From a virus (taxonomy: Duplodnaviria; Heunggongvirae; Uroviricota; Caudoviricetes), in IMG/VR virus record IMGVR_UViG_3300028591_000093, positions 16,765 through 80,764 of that record: DNA of 64,000 bases. The stretch is one strand, 5' to 3'. The notes under the pieces were generated by a model. It did not search any database. It had not been told where the DNA came from and was given only the letters and a program-made list of their open reading frames with translations. The translations under genes were made by a program, and so were the position numbers. Below, piece by piece: positions 28,307 through 36,519 of the stretch (its first letter is position 1; each line of letters starts with the position of its first letter).

Positions 28307-28872
28307 AAAAGTTTATTTCACTATTAGTTGTATGCTTGTTAAGCATTACACTATTTGCAAAGACAAACGATGCTGAGATTGTCAAGGAAGCATCAGGAAA
28401 TTTTGTTGATGCTGTTAGTACAGTTCATCAAGATGTAAACACTGTAGTTGGTACAGTTTATAATGATGCTAAGTCTGTAACTACAACTCTTTATGAGGAT
28501 GGTAAGGATTTTGCTAAGGACCTCTATCCAGAGGTAAAAGCAGCTGTTATTTCTATTGCTAAAGGCCTTGGAGTAGCAGCAGAACATCTTTACACAGTTT
28601 TGGTAAAGAAATATGTAGTTGAAGGACTTGTACAACTCATACCATTTATAATTGGTCTTATCTTGGTAATAGTTGGTTGGATAAAGACAGAGAAATACTT
28701 TAAGACTGCTGAAAAGATTAAGTGGCAGTGTCTTTATCCAATTAGTCTCTTAGTTGTTGGTGCTATTACTCTTTCTTGTGTAGATTATAACACAATGTTT
28801 ATGGGTATCATCAATCCTGAATATGGAGCAATTAACTATATTCTTGAATATGCAAAAGAGATGATAAAATGA
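28303..28872 (+). CDS. secreted or membrane protein (signal peptide and C-terminal TM)
   Basis: MKKFISLLVVCLLSITLFA signal. ATGA overlap. Confidence 0.4.
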   Translation: MKKFISLLVVCLLSITLFAKTNDAEIVKEASGNFVDAVSTVHQDVNTVVGTVYNDAKSVTTTLYEDGKDFAKDLYPEVKAAVISIAKGLGVAAEHLYTVLVKKYVVEGLVQLIPFIIGLILVIVGWIKTEKYFKTAEKIKWQCLYPISLLVVGAITLSCVDYNTMFMGIINPEYGAINYILEYAKEMIK

Positions 28873-29384
28873 TAAGGCAATTCATAAATTGGGGTCTTTT
28901 CATATTATTTATTGTTCTTAATGTACTTATCTGGAAACCTACTTGGATTTACAAAGAAAAAGGAACTATCTGTAGTAAAGTTGTTAAGACTGAACAAGAT
29001 AGATTTATTGATGGTAATCCAACAGGTAGAAAGAACATTTCCTATGAATTTTCCTATAAAACACCTAAAGGAAGAACTGTCAAGGAGTCTGTAGACTATG
29101 TAGATGAACCTGATGGTTATGATAGGTATAAACTTAGGAAAATCACAGAAGAACATAAATATTATGGATGTAATGGCTGGATTATTTTTGGCAATATTCT
29201 CTTTATTATCTGGAGTGTTATTTGGTTAATCTTCTGTATATTCTCCACTTGTTGTTGGAGTGATATATTAGATAGAGGACTAACTCACTGTCATGAAGAA
29301 GATTGTTTCTTATACTTTATGTGTAGTGGCAAAAATGACATTAAAGAAGAATCTCAGAAAATAAGAGAATTCTGGGGGTACTAA
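28869..29384 (+). CDS. membrane protein, Cys-rich C-terminus
   Basis: ORF track. ATGA overlap. Confidence 0.4.
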   Translation: MIRQFINWGLFILFIVLNVLIWKPTWIYKEKGTICSKVVKTEQDRFIDGNPTGRKNISYEFSYKTPKGRTVKESVDYVDEPDGYDRYKLRKITEEHKYYGCNGWIIFGNILFIIWSVIWLIFCIFSTCCWSDILDRGLTHCHEEDCFLYFMCSGKNDIKEESQKIREFWGY

Positions 29385-29391
29385 CCCTGGA

Positions 29392-29463
29392 TGGCCCATT
29401 CTTCTATCGGTTAGGAAGGTAGGTTTTCATCCTAATAAGAGCAGTTCGACTCTGCTATGGGCT
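29392..29463 (+). tRNA. tRNA-Glu(TTC), second copy
   Basis: Acceptor GGCCCAT/ATGGGCT, D-arm TTCT-ATCGGTTA-GGAA, anticodon loop TTTTCAT, T-arm AGCAG-TTCGACT-CTGCT. Confidence 0.55.
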
Positions 29464-29577
29464 TCTTCCCATACAATGTCAAAAATTTGTCAAATTACAG
29501 GCAAGAAAGCCAAGAGTTCTTTCTGGGTGGTTAGGGTCAATTGAGTTTGGCCCTAATCTCTAAAAAATTAAACAACA

Positions 29578-29781
29578 ATGAAAAAGATTATTATTTGTGC
29601 AATTTGTGTTCTTGGACTAATTTTGTGTGCATTTGGTCCTAAATTAAGAGGAACATCACAAAGAGTTGCTTCTGGTAGCAGAGTTGAGGTAGAAGAAGTA
29701 AAGATAGATACTTGTGTTTATCATGCTTTCTATAACTGTTACAATGGTACAGGAGGAATTTTTGTAATTAGAGTCAAATAA
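29578..29781 (+). CDS. small secreted protein
   Basis: Signal peptide MKKIIICAICVLGLILCAFG. Confidence 0.4.
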   Translation: MKKIIICAICVLGLILCAFGPKLRGTSQRVASGSRVEVEEVKIDTCVYHAFYNCYNGTGGIFVIRVK

Positions 29782-29799
29782 CTTAAAAATCAAAAAATT

Positions 29800-29964
29800 A
29801 TGAGTTTTACAATTTATGACATCAAGGCTAAAAATCGCCGTGGTAGAAGAGCAGGTTTGAATATGCCTAGGAGAGCTAACTGTAGAAAAATGACTAAAGC
29901 TAGAATAGCTAATGGTCAACATGGTTATCTCTGTCACACTGGTGGTATTGTGCCTTCAAAGTAA
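29800..29964 (+). CDS. small basic Cys/His protein (54 aa)
   Basis: MSFTIYDIKAKNRRGRRAGLNMPRRANCRKMTKARIANGQHGYLCHTGGIVPSK. Not in the ORF track (under 60 aa). Confidence 0.35.
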   Translation: MSFTIYDIKAKNRRGRRAGLNMPRRANCRKMTKARIANGQHGYLCHTGGIVPSK

Positions 29965-30081
29965 ATAACAACTGAGTAATAAGAGTTCTAACTTGACAAA
30001 GAGAGTGAATGACTGTCTTTTGGATTGTAGCATATATTTTAAAAAAAGAATCAGTCAAGGATTCTCTCTTATTACTAAACT

Positions 30082-30219
30082 GGGGAGATGGTGAAATTTT
30101 TGAACAACCTCTTATGTATTTCTTCCTGAAAGGGATTGTCAACATGAGAGTTACTTCTATGGTTATACACGCTTTTTATTGGAAAAAAGATTCTCCTGGT
30201 TCGAGTCCAGGTCTCCCCA
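30082..30219 (+). ncRNA. 138-nt tRNA-like RNA: perfect 7-bp acceptor GGGGAGA/TCTCCCC with discriminator A and canonical T-arm, but about 107 nt in place of the D and anticodon arms (Y-RNA-like or tRNA with a large insertion)
   Basis: CCTGG-TTCGAGT-CCAGG T-arm. Internal 8-bp helix CTCTTATG/CATGAGAG. Contains a copy of the GGATTGTCA-N7-AGTTACTTC motif. D-region lacks GG. Confidence 0.45.
30132..30156 (+). promoter_or_regulatory. copy of the conserved motif GG(T/A)TGTCA-N6-7-(G/A)GTTACTTC
   Basis: One of four copies. This one lies inside the tRNA-like element. Confidence 0.3.
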
Positions 30220-30243
30220 CTTAATTTAAAAACAATTAAAAAT

Positions 30244-30549
30244 ATGAGTAATTTGCTTGCTTGTATTGTAGTAATTCTTCTTATAATCTTCTTTATAGGA
30301 ATAATTGTACTACAAGTTCATGAAAAAGTTAAGAATTTCCCACAAAGTATTTATGAGGTAATTACCCCATTACATACTGGGATTCTTCTAGTTATCTGTG
30401 CCATATTTTCTGGTTTAATGGGTCTATTATTTGACTATAATTGCCATGATTTTTGGGCAGAATTCTTGTTGTTGATAGCTTTAGTAGTTATCTGGGATTT
30501 TATTGTGAAATGTATTGCTTGGTTAATCTGTAAAATTAAATACAAATGA
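30244..30549 (+). CDS. membrane protein
   Basis: ORF track. Multiple TM helices. Confidence 0.4.
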   Translation: MSNLLACIVVILLIIFFIGIIVLQVHEKVKNFPQSIYEVITPLHTGILLVICAIFSGLMGLLFDYNCHDFWAEFLLLIALVVIWDFIVKCIAWLICKIKYK

Positions 30550-31052
30550 CTTGGTATTATGCACTAACTGGTACTGTTTATGCTATTTTTCTAATTCAGT
30601 TTTTGTTAGCTCTTCTTGGAGCTGATGCAGATGTGGATATAGATTTTGATGCAGATGGTACTGCTGATATAGGATGGTCAGACATTCTATCATTTAAAGG
30701 TCTTATTCATTTCCTTATGGGATTTGGTGGTTGGTTATCAGTTATGGGTTACAACAGAGGAACTCTTGTCTGGTATGATTACCTAATTGCCTTAGGCTTT
30801 GGTATCTGTTTCTTCTTATCTCTTTACTATCTTGGTAAGAGCATGTTAAAGTTGGAAAGTAAACCTACTCAACTAACAGGTAAAGACCTTATTGGCTCAG
30901 AAGCAATAGTTACAGTTGTATCAGCTGACTCTAATTATTACATTGGTCTGGTTGATGGTAGAGAATATATGGCAAAAGCCTGTAAGAAATTTTCACCTGG
31001 AGACAAAGTAGTAATTGCTGACTATGTTAATGGAATGTACATTATTCAATAA
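30546..31052 (+). CDS. NfeD-like membrane protein (TM helices plus C-terminal OB-fold-like domain), partner of the flotillin-like gene
   Basis: Architecture and position directly upstream of the SPFH gene. ATGA overlap. Confidence 0.45.
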   Translation: MTWYYALTGTVYAIFLIQFLLALLGADADVDIDFDADGTADIGWSDILSFKGLIHFLMGFGGWLSVMGYNRGTLVWYDYLIALGFGICFFLSLYYLGKSMLKLESKPTQLTGKDLIGSEAIVTVVSADSNYYIGLVDGREYMAKACKKFSPGDKVVIADYVNGMYIIQ

Positions 31053-31067
31053 TAAAATCAAACAAGT

Positions 31068-32948
31068 ATGAATTGGACAATTTTTGCTGTAATTGCAGTG
31101 ATTTTAGTAGTCCTAGTCATATCTGCTATCTGGCTTCTGTCCAGGTATCGGAGATGTCCTAGTGATGAAATTTTAGTAGTCTTTGGTAAGGCTGGTAAGA
31201 AAGAAGTAATGGTAAATGGAGAGAAGATTGAAACAATCTTACCTTCTAAAATTATTCATGGTGGTGGTACATTTGTATGGCCTGTAATCCAAGATTATAG
31301 GATGATGCAGTTGACACCTCATAAGATTCAACCTACTGTTACTGGTCTTTCTTCACAGAATATTAAGGTTACTATTCCTGTAACTCTTACCACTGGTATT
31401 GGTACAACTGATAATCTCATGCAGAATGCTGCTAGTAGATTCTTGAGTTCTTCTGTTCAACAGATGGATAATCAGTTGGAAGATATTATCATTGGTGAGG
31501 TTCGTTCCTTGATGGCTACAATGACCATTGAGGAAATCAATGCTGACAGAAATAAATTCCTGGATGAGGCCAAGAAAAGAATTGAGGTAGAACTGAACAA
31601 AGTAGGTTTCACTATCATTAACATCAATGTAGCTGACATTTCAGATAATGCTAACTACATCAACAATCTTGGTAAGAAAGCTGCAACTCAAGCACAAGCA
31701 CAGGCTGAGGCTGACATTGCAGAACAGGAGAAACAAGGTCAGGTAAAGATTGCTAACACCCAAAAGGAGAAAGAAATCCAAGTAGCTGCTGCTGAAAAGG
31801 AGAAAGCTACAACTGTAGCAAAGACTAAGCAAGAAGAAAGAGTAACTGTTGCTGAGGTAAACAAAGAACAGGATATTCAACTTGCTGAGGCTGCTAGAGC
31901 TAAAGCAGAAGGTGTTGCAATTGCCCAATCAGAACAAGCTATTGCTGTTGCTAAAGCAGAGCAGAAAGCACAATCTGAGCAGGCAGCACAGGAATCTATT
32001 AAGCAGATTAACATTGCTAAAGCAAAGGCAGAAGCAGCAGCAAAAGCCGCAGCTGCTGAGCAAGCAAAAGAATCTGCTGTTGCAGAAGCTACACAAGAGA
32101 AAGAGGCAAAGATTGCAGAGTATGAGTCTAATAAAAGACAAGTAGCTGCTGAAGCTTCTAAGAAAGCAGGTGTAGCAGAGCAAATGGCTACTATTGATGT
32201 AGCCAAAGCAAAAGCTGAAGCTGGTAAAGCAGAAGCTGATGCACAAAAAATAACAGGCATGGCCAAAGTTGAGGCTGAAATGGCAGTTGCTCAGAAAGAG
32301 CAGGAACAAAGAATTAAGGTCAATGAGACTACTGCAAAAGCCAAAGAGGCTGAAATGCAGGCAACAATGATTGTTCCTACTCAGAAAGCAAAAGAAAAAG
32401 CTGTCATTGAAGCTGAGAAAGTAAAACAAGTAGCAGTACTTGAAGCAGAAGCAAAAGCTGCACAAATCTTGAAAGAAGCTGAGGCTCAAGCTGAAGCAAT
32501 CAAGATTAAACAGTTAGCTGAGGCTGAAGGTAAAAGAAAAGTTTTACTTGCTGAAGCAGAAGGTAAGAGAGCATCTCTTATGGCTGAAGCAGAACAGCAA
32601 CAAGCTATTGCACTTGCACCAGCTCTCGCATTTGAGAAGATGGTTCAAACAGCAGGTGGTAATCCTGATGTAGTTGTTCAGTACATGATGACTGACAAGT
32701 ATGAAGGTATTGTAGGACAGCAAGTTAAGGCTCTTGAGCATATTCAGCTTGGTAATGTAAATGTGTATGGTGATGCCAACACAGGTGCACAATTCATGCA
32801 GAGTATGATTAAGAACTTTGCTCCTATGATGGATGGATTTAATGTAGGATTGAAAGACAAAGTTAAGAGTCTGTTCTTGGGCTCTAGTCCTAGTACTACT
32901 AATCCTCCTGTTACTGAAACAAAGGTGGAAATGCCTGAAGTAAAGTAA
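31068..32948 (+). CDS. SPFH/Band-7 (flotillin-like) membrane protein with long Ala/Glu/Lys/Gln-rich coiled coil
   Basis: N-terminal TM, SPFH-like region (EVRSLMATMTIEEINADRNKFLDEAKK), then about 300 aa of EA-type coiled-coil repeats typical of flotillins. Confidence 0.55.
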   Translation: MNWTIFAVIAVILVVLVISAIWLLSRYRRCPSDEILVVFGKAGKKEVMVNGEKIETILPSKIIHGGGTFVWPVIQDYRMMQLTPHKIQPTVTGLSSQNIKVTIPVTLTTGIGTTDNLMQNAASRFLSSSVQQMDNQLEDIIIGEVRSLMATMTIEEINADRNKFLDEAKKRIEVELNKVGFTIININVADISDNANYINNLGKKAATQAQAQAEADIAEQEKQGQVKIANTQKEKEIQVAAAEKEKATTVAKTKQEERVTVAEVNKEQDIQLAEAARAKAEGVAIAQSEQAIAVAKAEQKAQSEQAAQESIKQINIAKAKAEAAAKAAAAEQAKESAVAEATQEKEAKIAEYESNKRQVAAEASKKAGVAEQMATIDVAKAKAEAGKAEADAQKITGMAKVEAEMAVAQKEQEQRIKVNETTAKAKEAEMQATMIVPTQKAKEKAVIEAEKVKQVAVLEAEAKAAQILKEAEAQAEAIKIKQLAEAEGKRKVLLAEAEGKRASLMAEAEQQQAIALAPALAFEKMVQTAGGNPDVVVQYMMTDKYEGIVGQQVKALEHIQLGNVNVYGDANTGAQFMQSMIKNFAPMMDGFNVGLKDKVKSLFLGSSPSTTNPPVTETKVEMPEVK

Positions 32949-32974
32949 GTTAGGTAACTAACATGAGAACTGTA

Positions 32975-33017
32975 GTGAGGAAGCATACCATAAGAACTGC
33001 TCCTCACTCTTTCTCTC
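32975..33017 (+). terminator. hairpin GTGAGGAAGCA...TGCTCCTCAC followed by T/C-rich run
   Basis: Downstream of the flotillin gene stop. Confidence 0.35.
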
Positions 33018-33018
33018 T

Positions 33019-33092
33019 GACCCAGTAGCTCAGTTGGATAGAGCAACAGCCTTCTAAGCTGTGGGTCGAGTGTTCGAGTCACTCCTGGGCCA
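33019..33092 (+). tRNA. tRNA-Arg(TCT)
   Basis: Acceptor GACCCAG/CTGGGCC (one A-C mismatch), D-arm GCTC-AGTTGGATA-GAGC, anticodon arm ACAGC-CTTCTAA-GCTGT, T-arm GAGTG-TTCGAGT-CACTC. Confidence 0.75.
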
Positions 33093-33109
33093 CATAAAAC
33101 AAAAACAAT

Positions 33110-33331
33110 ATGAAAAAGGAAATAATTGAAAAATTAAAATCTCATAAACTTTTTAGAAATCCAAACATTATTAGTAATTTAGTGTTTGAACCTCTAGAAG
33201 TTGATGAAGAAAAGAAAACAATTAAAGTAAATTGTATTGATAGAGTATCAGGTTATTCTCATATAGAAGTATGGGATGATTGGGATATTACTCTCAATGC
33301 TTTTCTACTTGGTGAATATAAATTTCTTTAA
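33110..33331 (+). CDS. hypothetical protein (73 aa)
   Basis: ORF track. Confidence 0.35.
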   Translation: MKKEIIEKLKSHKLFRNPNIISNLVFEPLEVDEEKKTIKVNCIDRVSGYSHIEVWDDWDITLNAFLLGEYKFL

Positions 33332-33332
33332 T

Positions 33333-33980
33333 ATGGGATGTCATACATGGTTTTATGTTTATCTTGAACAAAAACAAAAGGAATTAAAGGAAGAATATTT
33401 TAACAGAATAGTAGATGGTGCTAGATTACTGTTAAAATTATATAAAGAAACAACTGAAGAGGAATGGAATAAAGATTTTACATCTTATGAAAAGGATGAT
33501 AATAGAGCTTATTGGAAAGATAAGACTTATCCTGAATGTAAATCTTTATCAGAACTTAAAGGTTGGTCTGATAAGAGTATACTTGAAGAAATCAAGCTTG
33601 CACAAACAAAAACTTGGCAAGAGTATAGAGATTTCTTCATTGGTTTAAACTCTTTACTTGTTGAAAGTCTTGAAACAAATTGTCATTGTCTAGAAGATGT
33701 AGCAAATTTGTTACCTGAACAATTGCATAGTGTAACGGGTCTTAAATATAAGAATGGTAAAGTTTACATAGATGCTAGTTCAGAAATTGCTGATAAATAT
33801 CTATCTAGAAGAATATGTGACATCTTTAGAATACATGATTATAGTGCAAAACCTTGCTACAGTGTAGCAGATTGTGTACAAAGATGTAAAGAACATAATG
33901 TTATTCTAAAAGATGAAGAGTTTCAAGAATTAAAAGAATGGTACCAGGAATATCCTGATACTATGATTACTTTTGGTTAA
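33333..33980 (+). CDS. hypothetical protein (about 215 aa, Cys-containing)
   Basis: Internal ATG of ORF 33276-33980, placed just after the stop of the upstream gene. Confidence 0.4.
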   Translation: MGCHTWFYVYLEQKQKELKEEYFNRIVDGARLLLKLYKETTEEEWNKDFTSYEKDDNRAYWKDKTYPECKSLSELKGWSDKSILEEIKLAQTKTWQEYRDFFIGLNSLLVESLETNCHCLEDVANLLPEQLHSVTGLKYKNGKVYIDASSEIADKYLSRRICDIFRIHDYSAKPCYSVADCVQRCKEHNVILKDEEFQELKEWYQEYPDTMITFG

Positions 33981-33988
33981 TCTAAGGA

Positions 33989-34013
33989 GGGTTGTCACAG
34001 AGAGGGTTACTTC
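33989..34013 (+). promoter_or_regulatory. conserved motif GGTTGTCA-CAGAGAG-GGTTACTTC abutting the tRNA-Thr 5' end
   Basis: Motif copy. The tRNA position 1 follows directly. Confidence 0.35.
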
Positions 34014-34087
34014 GTTTTATTAGCTCATTTGGTAGAGCACAAAAATTGGTAATTTTGGGGTACCTTGTTCAACTCAAGGATGAAACT
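34014..34087 (+). tRNA. tRNA-Thr(GGT)
   Basis: Acceptor GTTTTAT/ATGAAAC, D-arm GCTC-ATTTGGTA-GAGC, anticodon loop region ATTGGTAA, T-arm CCTTG-TTCAACT-CAAGG. Confidence 0.65.
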
Positions 34088-34132
34088 TTTATATCCCTTT
34101 CTACCTCTCTCCCTCCTTTTTACTATAAAGCA

Positions 34133-34156
34133 GGTTGTCAAATATGGAGTTACTTC
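34133..34156 (+). promoter_or_regulatory. conserved motif GGTTGTCA-AATATG-GAGTTACTTC overlapping the tRNA-Arg(CCT) 5' end
   Basis: Motif copy. Confidence 0.35.
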
Positions 34157-34226
34157 TTTTAGCTCAGCTGGATAGAGCATTTGCCTCCTAAGCAAAGTGT
34201 CGGTGGTTCAATTCCACTAAAGAAAT
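34153..34226 (+). tRNA. tRNA-Arg(CCT)
   Basis: D-arm GCTC-AGCTGGATA-GAGC, anticodon arm TTTGC-CTCCTAA-GCAAA, T-arm GGTGG-TTCAATT-CCACT. First acceptor pair is mismatched. Confidence 0.65.
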
Positions 34227-34267
34227 CCTTAAACACTCTATATTATTTCTCCTGCTTTTCCCATAGG

Positions 34268-34290
34268 GGATGTCAGTGTAAAGTTACTTC
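34268..34290 (+). promoter_or_regulatory. conserved motif GGATGTCA-GTGTAA-AGTTACTTC, about 108 nt upstream of the tmRNA
   Basis: Motif copy. Confidence 0.3.
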
Positions 34291-34397
34291 TATAATTAGC
34301 GTCATGGTTTGCCAATAACTGAAAAATACTTTGCTCTTTTTCTCCCCTTTTTACAATAGGAGAGGGTGGAGTTAATACCTCATCCTCTTTCTTATTA

Positions 34398-34771
34398 GGG
34401 CCTATTTGGTTTTGACAGCATTATATGATTAATGGGAACATGCAAAGAGAGTACTGCTCTAAATTACGGTACAAAAAATAAATGCTAGCAGAAGAAGACC
34501 TGTTAGATTGGTTGCCTAAGCTTAGGCTTACTTAACTGTAAACTAGCTTATTATGGCATAACCTGGGTAATTATACCTGGAAACAGAAAATAATTGACAT
34601 TGTGGAAAGACACATTTAACTTTCTTCAAAGTATAAATGAAGTGGTGGAGTGGCTAGTTGCCAAACCAATTAGCCCCTGTGGGTAAAGTAACCACATTAA
34701 AAAGAACTAAGCATGTAAAGTTTCCTATTAGTTGATATTGTTGGACCTGGGTTCGACTCCCAGTAGGTCCA
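34398..34771 (+). ncRNA. ssrA: tmRNA (SsrA), about 374 nt. Predicted tag reading frame GCT AGC AGA AGA AGA CCT GTT AGA TTG GTT GCC TAA, giving (A)SRRRPVRLVA
   Basis: 5' GGGCCTA pairs with 3' TAGGTCC plus discriminator A next to the T-arm CTGGG-TTCGACT-CCCAG. The segment AACTAAGCATGTA matches the conserved E. coli tmRNA segment CUAAGCAUGUAG. Resume codon lies at nt 87, preceded by AAAAAATAAAT as in E. coli AAAAAAUAGUC. Confidence 0.6.
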
Positions 34772-35307
34772 CTGGTCCTTGAGGTTTTTGTTTCTCTGTT
34801 AGTTTTTCTACGATTTTTCCTAGCAGAGTTTTTGTTTTTCCTCAAGAGTAGGTCTCTCCATCCCTATATAAAAAAGATGGTATCTATATAGACATAAGTC
34901 CACAATTAAGGAGGTCATTGTAGTGATACAGAATAGGCAAAAGCTATTTGTCAGAGAGCCTTGCTCACTAGGTTAAGACAAACTACATAATAAGCTAGAA
35001 TAAAAGTATGGAGACTCAGAGCACCTAGTATGGCAGTCTATAACCATAGGTATTTATATACTTTATTTTACTGTGTTTGGGCAAACACTTGAAACGGCAT
35101 CCTAGTTTGGAGGTTTAAAAGTTAAAACCTTCTGCGAGCATAGGCATCCCTTCACTGGGAAAGTTATGCTCAACATCTGGTGTTAAGTAGCACCTAAAAT
35201 ATACTTCTTATGTGATTCAATGGTTAATATTGTGTTTTTGTTTGCGCGGTGACTCTAGGCAAGATGGGTTGTGAAACTAGTCTTGCCACCTTCTTTTTCT
35301 AAAGTTT

Positions 35308-36519
35308 ATGAAAAATGTAAAAATATATGCAAAAACAGTTGAAGATGAGGCAATGTTACAAATTCAAAACATGTCTTTATCTGATGCTTATGGAGAATGT
35401 CCTGTAAGAATAATGCCTGATTGTCATGCAGGTGCAGGATGTACAATTGGTACTGTAATAGGTATTAAAGATAGAGTTGTACCTAATACAGTTGGAGTAG
35501 ATATAGGATGTGGAATGTTGGTTGTTCCTTTAGGTAATATTGAGATTGATTTAGCAGCTCTAGATAATTTCATTAAAACTGAAATACCTTCTGGATTCAA
35601 TATCAATGAACAGTTTCTTGGTAAAAGTTTTTATCATCCTAGTACACTTACTCAATTTAAATGTCAAGAAGTTATAGATGCTGATATGGCTTTAAAGTCT
35701 ATTGGTAGTCTTGGAGGAGGTAATCATTTTATTGAAGTTGATATAAATGAAAATGATGAAAAATTTCTTGTAATTCATACTGGTAGTAGAAATCTTGGTG
35801 TAAGAGTATGTAAGTATTATCAAGAAAAAGCTATAAAGAGTTGTAAAGCAAAGAGAACTGATTTTATAGAAATTATTAACAGTCTTAAAGAACAAGGAAG
35901 ACAGTCTGAAATCAATGCTACTCTTGCACAAATTAAAGCAACTCAATCACCTTTCAATGCTGAATTGGCATATCTTGAAGGTAAAGACCTTGAGGATTAT
36001 CTTAATGATATGAGATTATGTCAAGGATATGCTTCTTGTAATAGAAGAGCAATTGCTATTAGAATTCTTGATTTCTTAGGACTTTCTAATCTTCTTTCTG
36101 ATTTCTTAGAAGGACATGATAAATCTTTTACAACTATTCATAATTATATTGATTTACCACATAAGATTCTTAGAAAAGGTGCTGTGAGTGCACTTAATGG
36201 AGAAAAGCTTATTATTCCTATTAACATGAGAGATGGTTCTCTTATCTGTATAGGTAAAGGTAATCTTGATTGGTTGTATTCTGCACCTCATGGAGCAGGT
36301 AGACTTATGTCTAGAAAGAAAGCAAAAGAAAGTCTTAAAGAAGAGGACTTTATTGAAGCAATGAAAGGTATTTATACAACTACAGCAACTAAAGATACTA
36401 TTGATGAAGCACCTATGGTATATAAACCGATGGATGAAATCATGGAGTGTATCAAAGATACTGTAGATGTTGTAGATATTATTAAACCTATATATAATTT
36501 TAAAGCAGCAGAGCAATGA
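35308..36519 (+). CDS. rtcB: RtcB-family RNA 3'-phosphate/2',3'-cyclic phosphate ligase
   Basis: 403 aa. RIMPDCHAGAGCTIG and VGVDIGCGM match the RtcB metal-binding motifs. Confidence 0.75.
   Translation: MKNVKIYAKTVEDEAMLQIQNMSLSDAYGECPVRIMPDCHAGAGCTIGTVIGIKDRVVPNTVGVDIGCGMLVVPLGNIEIDLAALDNFIKTEIPSGFNINEQFLGKSFYHPSTLTQFKCQEVIDADMALKSIGSLGGGNHFIEVDINENDEKFLVIHTGSRNLGVRVCKYYQEKAIKSCKAKRTDFIEIINSLKEQGRQSEINATLAQIKATQSPFNAELAYLEGKDLEDYLNDMRLCQGYASCNRRAIAIRILDFLGLSNLLSDFLEGHDKSFTTIHNYIDLPHKILRKGAVSALNGEKLIIPINMRDGSLICIGKGNLDWLYSAPHGAGRLMSRKKAKESLKEEDFIEAMKGIYTTTATKDTIDEAPMVYKPMDEIMECIKDTVDVVDIIKPIYNFKAAEQ

Noticed and set aside
30009-30224. Plus-strand ORF overlapping the 138-nt tRNA-like RNA
   Set aside because: Runs through a structured RNA with tRNA ends. 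No coding signal.
31641-32489. Three minus-strand ORFs antisense to the flotillin gene
   Set aside because: Low-complexity Cys/Phe/Leu or Ala/Ser runs mirroring the GC[A/T] repeats of the coiled-coil region. These are antisense artefacts.
34654-34845. Minus-strand ORF inside the tmRNA 3' domain
   Set aside because: Overlaps the tRNA-like T-arm and acceptor. Arg/Lys-rich nonsense composition.
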